From contig NC_043001.1 in the NCBI RefSeq assembly GCF_006345805.1, positions 69,812,001-69,876,000 on the forward strand: a stretch of DNA of 64,000 nucleotides. Direction: 5' to 3'. Both the position numbers and the translations under genes were made by a program. Origin of the DNA: Octopus sinensis (lineage: Eukaryota). The notes below the pieces were generated by a model. The model did not search any database, was not told the origin of the DNA, and saw only the letters and a list, made by a program, of their open reading frames with translations. Below, piece after piece: positions 55,401 through 64,000 of this stretch (position 1 is the first letter of the stretch; each line of letters opens with the position of its first letter).

Positions 55401-55890
55401 ATTTGCATCCCCGTCTATTCCTATCTCTACCCACGTAGTCTACATGCGTGTCCAAGGTAGCATTCCAATCCCCCACTAAGAGTAAAGGACGAGACGTTCC
55501 CAAGAAAACTTCTAGACGTTGAAAGAAATCCGCCCGACCTGTTAAGGGCGGTGCGTAAACTGATACGAGCCGAAAAGCGCACCCATTGCTGCCGTCGACA
55601 TCCAGGACGACCAGTCTACCCTCCGGGTCTACGAATATTGTCCTTACATTGAGATCCAGACTCTTGTGAAAAAGTACCGCGGTGCCACTACCGCCCATTC
55701 TCGGCAGACAGGGGGAAAAATAAATGTTGAACTGTCCGCCAAACATGGTCTTTAGGGCCCGCGGATTGTGGAGTCTGGTCTCGCTTATGGCTATGATTTC
55801 TAACTTATGTGACTTTATGTCATTTAAGAGGTACCCTTGTTTCCAAGGGGACCCCAAGCCACGCGCATTTACACAACCAATCTTGATCAT
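52453..55890 (-). CDS. LINE ORF2: APE endonuclease, reverse transcriptase, CCHC zinc knuckle (1145 aa)
   Basis: Uninterrupted ORF with NARG, ISET, YAP, GDWN, LDRIL, TDH; FRPITLLNADLKIL, DQSKAFDRV, QGCPLS, YADD; CPRC..ETVLHALVQC. Confidence 0.95.
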   Translation of the reverse strand: MIKIGCVNARGLGSPWKQGYLLNDIKSHKLEIIAISETRLHNPRALKTMFGGQFNIYFSPCLPRMGGSGTAVLFHKSLDLNVRTIFVDPEGRLVVLDVDGSNGCAFRLVSVYAPPLTGRADFFQRLEVFLGTSRPLLLVGDWNATLDTHVDYVGRDRNRRGCKCLRDLLRRFQLSDRFRLDHPNAPTWTWSNRIGSSRSYLDRILCRTVDRDSIGCPQFHIVSYTDHKLVTCTLDLGKTLRQGPGYWKLNASFPSRQVFRDRISTLVKRALTGAIINNKWWFALKRAVKAEAIRYSKALAIDRNRVEGELVKKLEEAIRSGIASDVLAARLALDQHFNAKHEGCAVRARMRALRNEGVGAAREARVAEAQQGNKATIRSLVDEQGRELLEPSKMCEAFQQHFARLFGTSGGQERRVDFSAYLHSLPRLSTRRAGCCEGAITAAEVREAMAECSRDKSPGLDGLPYELYNCMPDLFGDLLAAVYCNWQQNGSIPGFVSRGAVTLLKKDLNKGNVIDNFRPITLLNADLKILAKVLAKRLALVIEKLVDKAQTCAVPGRTIHDNLHLMRYIIDRVVNEPGMGGALINLDQSKAFDRVDHRYLEAVLRAAGFGPVFRGWIAALYRGIRSVIRVNGHLSRPFDIARSVRQGCPLSALLYVLTLEPLLRKLATLRGIPRELGCGTSVSAYADDVTVIVSSHEHIELVGETLKNYEAVTGAKINREKSVGLRLGTWRSKPMPSTSASVVGRWTDGPVELLGVWFGPDLQVEKNWNEITSRVVTLARQWAERKLSLKGRAEVANTYIASVIYYRLTVVPCPDPTITKLQRILFRFLWKGCVPMVRRSICCQHPLKGGLGMPWLMMRRHALRLRHLWLYVDDGEQVWSPFVRHAFPQLVSMTELQSWIKKRPRKGEWHRECRVALKQLCRPGSTLSDFNTTKAFYRGLVEGRYDDELGANLDVDEEYLTRLFGTTFGPGPMDNFQRSLAWQCYREALPVRDKLYRHGSRNTGPTCPRCGQSDETVLHALVQCPTISDLWAYVDQLLSRVGRVGLSAESIVNIVTPPSFKREGRAIFIILVAMAKECIWWTRLKGLETNTFLSGQSLINFFKYHLKRKVRVERQVLSSECFKKRWVNVARMARMNDEATLSIVL

Positions 55891-55921
55891 AGTTCTAATG
55901 AATTAGAATACAGAGGGTTAC

Positions 55922-56464
55922 TTACTGCTCGAAAGTTTTTGCTTTCTCCTCCGTTGGTTTGTCCTCGAGAAGATCCCAGTACAGTTTCTTTGTGAGATAT
56001 TTTTGGCATTTACCAACCGCACTGGGGAAAATGCCTTTGAGTGTGTGGTGCAGACTTTTGGAGATGTGTATTATTTTGATGTGGTCTGGTGGTGTTGTGT
56101 ATGGGTGGTTGTTTGTTTTTATGTCATCTTCTGTTATGTTTGTTTTTGATTGGATGTATTCCATCAAATTTGTGTTTTTGGTGTCTATGGCTGTGAGCAT
56201 GTTTGCTGTATATGTTTTTGTGGTGTTGGTGTGGCTGTTGTTTGCGTTGGGTTTTGAAATGTCTTCGGGAGATGTATTTCCCCCTGCTTTGTTCGTGTTT
56301 GCATTTGGTTTGGTTGTGTTTCTGCTCTTTATTTTCCTTCTTTTTGTAGCTATTTGCCATTCCTCACTGGTTTCGTCTTCCGACGAAATTTCTGAGGAAT
56401 CAGAAGGGGGTAGGGGTATGTTGTGGGCTTCTATGTATGTCTGTGTAAGTGGTTGTGTTGTTGT

Positions 56465-56465
<1 letters not shown>
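55922..56465 (-). CDS. LINE ORF1, 3' part (5'-truncated)
   Basis: Open frame from the GATA junction to a stop 31 nt before ORF2; the track's N-terminus is microsatellite read-through. Confidence 0.6.
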
Positions 56466-56523
<58 letters not shown>

Positions 56524-57235
56524 TTAGATAGATAGATAGATAGATAGATGTGCATTGCAATTAATCTCCCTGTTCCACAGGATCAGCGGGTGAGGTAATT
56601 GTTAGAAAAAGAACCAATTAAAGAAAGCATGTTACAGGCTGCCACATCATACTCGATGAGCAGCGACAGCTATATATGTGCCTGCATATCTGTTCATACT
56701 AAATCACACACTCACATATACATCATAAATAGATACATACACACACTCACAAACACACACACAAACATACATATATATATAAATATATATGGTGACCGGT
56801 AATTTGACTGCCAGTCAATTTCCCTCCCGATATTAGTAAAATACAAAACGTTGAATAAAGAAAAAATAAAATGTACAGTAAAAGATAAAAATATTACTAA
56901 AATCTTCAATGATGAAAATCATGAACTCACAAAAATCCGTCTTATTTTCGAGACTATATCACTCAATAATTATCTTGGCTCCCAGATCACACCTCGATCA
57001 AATTCAGCCTTTCTCATTTGTGGCAAGTGTTCTTCCTTTTGCAATGCAGTGATTAATTTCCATATATTCGCATGTGTGCAAGTTAAAGAATTTTTAGTGC
57101 GTTGTGATATCCCTCTAAATGCTTATTTGTGTGAGGCGTATCCGAATATGTTCTAAAGCAAGCATTCCAACTATCAATGGGAAAGAAAGAAGTTTTTCAT
57201 GCAATTTCAAATGATTGACCAGACTGTTGAAATTA

Positions 57236-57281
<46 letters not shown>

Positions 57282-58799
57282 GTATGTATGTATATATATC
57301 GCTCTGTAATTTTAACCTACAATCTGTCTAAACCATTTTTTCTATTTTTTGTATCCATCAACAATCTCAAAACTAAGCATGCTGCGATAAATGAAATGAT
57401 GAAACAACGTATTTGTTGACGGTTTTATATTGAATCATAAAGGCTGAGAATTCAAAAACCATTCCCAGTATTGCAAACATTGCTATTCTTTCGAAATTCA
57501 TTTACTTATTATTTTCCAAGCATACTCGGAATTTCAACGGGTGGGAAGTAACATTTGAATGAAATATATTGCTTTTACCACACATGAGTTCTAAATGTTC
57601 TTTGTGTTTCTTATTGCAATGTATAAGCTATTTCAGAGGCACATTGATATACTAAGTGGATTCTGAATCCAAATGTGTGTAGAAACACGTGTTTGAATAA
57701 ATCCCACTGAAGTGAAGGAAGAATTGTCTTTAACTGTGCTGTATAATTTTATATAGAACAATTGTATATTTATTATAAATTATCTTGATAGAAATCACAG
57801 CATAAATCTAATTCACACAGTAATAGTTTCAAATAAATAGGTACTGGCAGTAGAATATATCCTGTGAAATAGTATAATATCGTTGTTTTAATTATCTCTA
57901 CTTGCATATCGTTATGCCTTTCCGACATTATATTGATCATTGCCATAAATTAAATTTAATTCCCAGAGTGAATAAACACAAAATAACCCCTTCGACGTCG
58001 TCTCCATAACAAAAAATAAAAGAAAATCAAAACTGAATATCTAAAAATACCATTCATTATCCTTCATATCCATATCGTAACAGCTGCCCTATATTGTCCT
58101 TGATTTGTCAGTAAAACGGTTGGAAATGTTTACTAAATAACAATAACCACTAAATTTTAACCTTTATTATGACCCTTCGTTCCACTGCTGAATATGGCAT
58201 TAACCTCACATAAAAATCATTAATCAAAGGATGTCTTTATACATTATGGATAATCAGAAGTCAAACTATATTTTTATACATAAGTTCATCATCGTGTACA
58301 GGAGGATTTTAATATTATAATCTGAACTAAGGGATTATGTCATTGTCCTCAAAATAAAACGTCATGTTAACTTAACCTTTTTCAAGTACTACCACATAAA
58401 TTACACTCTCCTGTTTTGCAAGAGAAAGTGTTACTAGGTAACATTGTTTTTGAATGGTATGTGAGTGGAAAACTGTGGATTGTTTATGACTGGACTGGAA
58501 AAAATGGGTTGTTGAGGGTGAACAAATCAACAACTATACAAACATGCATAAATATGCTACAGCATTTTAACGGAACAGACAGTTCCGTTACTAGACGCAG
58601 AAAACTTCAATGAATTTTATGGATGTGTGTTCTATACATATTCCAGTAAATGCTACATAATTTGATATTTCATTCCTCCAATTTAGCACAGTGTGAATAT
58701 ATAACAATGATTTAATATAGGATATTTCCAGGGAATTAAGACAGACATAATTGCAATATTTGTCACCCATCCTGGTTGAAGTCTTCATCACTTTCAAGC

Positions 58800-58900
58800 T
58801 ATGATGATAGGTGGTCCGATATACAATCATATATATATATATATATATTGAGGCGGTGCTCCAGCATGGCCGTAATCATACGACTGAAACAAGTAAAAGA
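58800..58900 (+). mobile_element. SINE S1 tail fragment
   Basis: GAGGCGGTGCTCCAGCATGGCCG..GACTGAAACAAGTAAAAG. Confidence 0.75.
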
Positions 58901-59990
58901 AAAACTGATTTCATGCATGCATATATGTGTGAGACAGTGAGAGAGAAAGAGTCTGTATTTATGCGTACTTGTGTAAGTCTCTGTGTGCACGCGTAAGTGT
59001 GTGTGTGAGTAAGTGTTTGAGAGTGTGCGTGTCTATGTGTGTGCTTGTGCATCAGGTTTCCAACAACTAAATTGCAAGAATTGTTTTTGCTGTAACTCTC
59101 GGTTTTGTATTCTTTCTTTATCCGTTCGCTGCACACATCAGCTTCTTTACCACATACATGTTTCTTACTGCCAAATAAGAATGGCGAAAACGAAACATTT
59201 ATTCCTGTATGCAGATGTGTATAGTTCAGCCAGACGTTATACAAAAATAAGTATAAGTTTTATAAGCTTCTTTGCACCATTTCGCTAATATTATGATTCA
59301 AGCCTATACATATTGTTTGTATAACAAATTATTTTACATTTTAATGTATCTGAAAAGCATGAAAATCATCGATTCATTTCCTCATCGTTCATTTCAATTT
59401 CTCATCATATTTATCTACATTTACTGACCCAAATACTAATTAGCAAAAATTATATCAATAATTCTAATGTTATTTATTCATTAGTTTTAGAGATAATATA
59501 TATTTCATGTTCACTATTGATTGAAAGTAATGTTTGATCAACGTTCTACTATTGAGGTTTAATCTATAATCCATTCTTTGTCTAGTACCAATGACCTTTG
59601 TTTCTCAAAAACTTTGGTTTCACCATTTCAATTAAAACTTAAAATGCAGTAGGTAATCATATCCAAAATCTATCTTAATTAAATCGTTACTTGATTTAAA
59701 TAAAACATTGAATCGTTGCACACCAGTGTCTGCATGTATTTTCATATCATCCAATGTGTCTTTGCGTTTGCTAAGATGATAGGGAGTGATTTGAAAGGGT
59801 ACTATATACATACTTTGACTCCTAGTAGCTCTCAACACCAAGGGATGCATACACACGTGTATACGCACATACACACGCACATATATACATCTGTATATAT
59901 AAATATATAGATATACATACATATATATATTTATTTATACATACACCTATGCACACACACACACATATACATATATATATATATATATAG

Positions 59991-60022
<32 letters not shown>

Positions 60023-60234
60023 AAAACATAAGCAGAAAATGGAGTAAACTTTTCTGCTAGTTTTAAATTTGATTCTTGATAAACTCTTGTTTATTCTGCC
60101 ATTACCTGCATCCTATGAGCATAGTTTGTTTGCATATCCATGCTCGGAGTTAACATAGGTATTTTATACCGGTTGTAATAACGGATAGTGTTATCCCTTA
60201 GCCGGTTATTCCAACCGCTAACTCTATTTACCTG

Positions 60235-60272
<38 letters not shown>

Positions 60273-60277
<5 letters not shown>

Positions 60278-61055
60278 GTGACTGCACAGACTCTCTTTTC
60301 CAATCACTCATTCTTTGTCTGTTTGTCTGTCTGTTCATCTCTATCTTTATCTTTCCCTTTCAGGAAATGCGCATTACTAAGATTAATGTTTACTTCCTTC
60401 AATTACAAAATTTAATGACGAGACCCAATAAATTTAATTCTGAAATATTGATGAGAATAAACAAAAATATACACTACTATTATACTGCTTCAATTTTTTT
60501 TCATCGTCAGAAAATACATTGCGGTTCTAATTCTGGATCTTTACATTCTGAGTTCATATCCCACCGAAGTTAAATTTGCCTTTCACCAACACAGTTTCAA
60601 TGAATTAATGGGCCACCCAAGTACTGGAGTCGTTGGATTCGACTAACACCGCTTCATGAAAACTTCTGTCATTCTGTCTAAATTAGAAACTCTGATATCA
60701 GAGACACAATCAGAACTACTGACATTGCTATATTAATAATACCATATGCTGGATGAAACTCAGAATTCACTTGTTGATATTCACAGTAGCTGGTACAAAT
60801 TACATCTCCGACATAGCTCACAAAAGTGTCCTTCAATGCATTCATGATAGAATATACTCCAAGGAATTTGTTTATATATTAAATAAGACGTTATTGCCAC
60901 AGCTAAGTTTTAGCTGATTAGCCGCTGGATGCTAATTAGTTACAAATATAACGGTTGTGTGAATTATAATATTCTATACGCAAACGTTAGAATTTGACAA
61001 TCGCCATACGTAAATTCATACACGCACGCATACACGCACACACGCACACATGCAC

Positions 61056-61086
<31 letters not shown>

Positions 61087-61914
61087 TGTATACATACATA
61101 TATATATATATATTATATATATATATATATATTCAAGTGACTGCACAGACTCTCTTTTCCAATCACTCATTCTTTGTCTGTTTGTCTGTCTGTTCATCTC
61201 TATCTTTATCTTTCCCTTTCAGGAAATGCGCATTACTAAGATTAATGTTTACTTCCTTCAATTACAAAATTTAATGACGAGACCCAATAAATTTAATTCT
61301 GAAATATTGATGAGAATAAACAAAAATATACACTACTATTATACTGCTTCAATTTTTTTTCATCGTCAGAAAATACATTGCGGTTCTAATTCTGGATCTT
61401 TACATTCTGAGTTCATATCCCACCGAAGTTAAATTTGCCTTTCACCAACACAGTTTCAATGAATTAATGGGCCACCCAAGTACTGGAGTCGTTGGATTCG
61501 ACTAACACCGCTTCATGAAAACTTCTGTCATTCTGTCTAAATTAGAAACTCTGATATCAGAGACACAATCAGAACTACTGACATTGCTATATTAATAATA
61601 CCATATGCTGGATGAAACTCAGAATTCACTTGTTGATATTCACAGTAGCTGGTACAAATTACATCTCCGACATAGCTCACAAAAGTGTCCTTCAATGCAT
61701 TCATGATAGAATATACTCCAAGGAATTTGTTTATATATTAAATAAGACGTTATTGCCACAGCTAAGTTTTAGCTGATTAGCCGCTGGATGCTAATTAGTT
61801 ACAAATATAACGGTTGTGTGAATTATAATATTCTATACGCAAACGTTAGAATTTGACAATCGCCATACGTAAATTCATACACGCACGCATACACGCACAC
61901 ACGCACACATGCAC

Positions 61915-61990
<76 letters not shown>
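60273..61990. repeat. Near-identical tandem duplication, period about 859 bp, bounded by (TA)n
   Basis: TTCAAGTGACTGCACAG at 60273 and 61132; the visible differences are in microsatellite lengths. Confidence 0.95.
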
Positions 61991-61993
<3 letters not shown>

Positions 61994-61996
<3 letters not shown>

Positions 61997-62887
61997 CGGC
62001 AGATTTAGAAAATAATTTTTTGTAACTAAACACTTTCAAACTTCGGCCACTGGTAGAATGTGTCATATAAAACATCTTTTACTCTTAGCGTTTTTGAGAA
62101 AAGTTTATACTTACTTTCTTGTGAAAGTTGTCGTATTCCGGTAATTTCAAGCAGTCAATGACGTGTATTCAGCTGAATAAAATTACTGCCGTTGTTTGTT
62201 AACAACAACAATCGGTGGTTTATATTTCGTTTGTCACTGTTAGTTATGACCTCATTGTGCGTTTGTAATGGTTTTAGCTTCATGGTTTCAGGGTTAGGGT
62301 TAGGGTTTTAGGGTTAGGGTTAGGGTTAGGATTTTAGGGTTAGAGTTTTGGAGGTTAGGGTTTCAGGGTTAGGGCTAGGCTCAAGGTTTTAGGTTTAGGG
62401 TTAGGGTTGGAGTTTTATCGTTAGAGTTGCGGAAAAAATTTTAAATGACGAAATTGGCGGGGAAGGGGTAGGGCGACCAAAAAGTCTTTCCGAAAATAGT
62501 AGCTGAAAAACAGGAAAAAGAGCTAAAGACAGTAGAAATGCATGAACGATTATGGTGCTGCCATGAAGTAAACATGCTTCAGATACACTTGTTTATTCAT
62601 ACAAACGTAACTGAGATGAAGTGTATCATAAATAACAGTGACAAACAAAATATACACCGCTGGAAGTTGTTGCTGACAAACAACAGCAGTAATTGTATTC
62701 AGTTGAATACATGTCATTGATTGGTTGAAATTACCGAAATATGACAACTTTAACACGGAATAACTTCGTAAATGTGAAATTTTCTCAAAAACGATAAGAG
62801 TAAAAGATGTTTTATATGACACATTCTAGGAGTATACGAAGTTTGAAAGTGTTTAGTTACAAAAATTATTTTCTAAATCCGTCAGTC
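61994..62887. mobile_element. Foldback-type non-autonomous element, inverted arms about 255 bp, telomere-like core
   Basis: 61994-62250 is the imperfect reverse complement of 62628-62887. Confidence 0.82.
62288..62410 (+). repeat. Degenerate interstitial (TTAGGG)n array
   Basis: Runs of GGGTTA interspersed with variant units. Confidence 0.88.
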
Positions 62888-62975
62888 AAAGATCTGTCAG
62901 GTAAAGATCCATATATATATATATATATATATACACGTGTGTGTGTGTGTGTTTTTGTATGTATGTGTAATGTAC

Positions 62976-63154
62976 ACTCTTTTACTTGTTTCAGTCATTT
63001 GACTGCGGCCATGCTGGAGCACCGCCTTTAGTCGAGCAAATCGACCCCGGGACTTATTCTTTGTAAGCCCAGGACTTATTCTATCGGTCTCTTTTGCCGA
63101 ACCGCTAAGTGACACACCAGCATGCTAGGGGGACAAACACAGACACACAAACAT

Positions 63155-63189
<35 letters not shown>

Positions 63190-63345
63190 CATATATACGA
63201 CAGGCTTCTTTCAGTTTCCGTCTACCAAATCCACTCACCGGGGCTATAGCAGAAGACACTTGCCCAAGATGCCACGCAGTGGGACTGAACCCGGAACCAT
63301 GTGGTAGGTAAGCAAGCTACTTACCACACAGCCACTCCTGTGCCT
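62976..63345 (-). mobile_element. Full-length SINE family S1
   Basis: Inverted copy of 28419-28820. Confidence 0.88.
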
Positions 63346-63969
63346 ATGTATATTGACTTAAAACAATTTAAGTCATATGAACTAAAATACTAATAATTTT
63401 AACAAAAGATTGATAGTAAACACTAAAATAAAACATAACGTTGTATTAAATTAGTGTAATTTACAAAACCAACTTCATTGCAAAATTAACATTGGCTTTT
63501 ATCAAAGTTTATAATAATTTTCATATCAATACTAAATATTGATTTCATATGTTATGGTCGCAAATTTTATATATTTATGTAAGAAAAAAAAATCTTTCAA
63601 AATACAATAAACTTGCGTTAGTGTTTGTAAGCATTTTACAATACAGATCACAAAAACTGCGGCGGTGAGACAGACGCGATTTGCAGTACATTTATTATTG
63701 TTTGCGACAATTGAAATTCTGTTGATTATTCGAAAACCATGCAATTTTTATGTGGCAGAGAAATACTTTCATGAAATTAGAGTGACGAGAAATCTTTGTC
63801 GTTTTATCGACTTAAATCACTGTAATATTGAATAAGACATTAAGTTAAAATTTTAAATGCCAATCAAGTCAATGGAGTTAACTTTTACTTTAATTCTTAT
63901 ATAGATTTGTATCATCAGTAATTAAGAAACCAGTGCTGTTAACTTACCCAATTTAAATATTGAATATCA

Positions 63970-64000
<31 letters not shown>

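Larger units (their letters stand above)
52053..56465 (-). mobile_element. Near-complete Tx1-clade non-LTR retrotransposon inserted in a (GATA)n array
   Basis: Partial ORF1, intact ORF2 and 3' UTR; (GATA)n directly at both ends. Confidence 0.92.

Noticed and set aside
58400-58800. Coding-like stretch
   Set aside because: Frames are short or interrupted and I recognise no family motif.
59632-59800. Possible host exon on the minus strand (KRKDTLDDMKIHADTGVQRFN) after a pyrimidine tract and AG
   Set aside because: No recognisable domain, no clear donor and no neighbouring exons.
62288-62410. True telomere or chromosome end
   Set aside because: Short, degenerate, internal and enclosed by inverted arms.

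Overview
AT-rich, microsatellite-dense metazoan DNA. The SINE and microsatellite landscape suggests a cephalopod such as Octopus (inference). I found no host protein-coding gene, RNA gene or CRISPR array, so the window looks intergenic or intronic. It is a mosaic of transposons: a near-complete Tx1-clade LINE with an intact 1145-aa ORF2 inside a (GATA)n array plus two relatives, seven R4/Dong-like fragments mostly in (TAA)n tracts, two RTE fragments, Penelope-like (PLE) pieces, a Helitron helicase remnant, three Tc1/mariner remnants, several tRNA-derived SINE families, and a foldback element with a TTAGGG core. The most notable signal is a set of type I hammerhead-ribozyme-like motifs from several (TA)n-associated families. 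One sits in a 360-nt tandem and inverted unit resembling a non-LTR retrozyme (27278-27985), and another has an unusually long stem II (32396-32720). All folds and alignments were done by eye, and most element boundaries are approximate.
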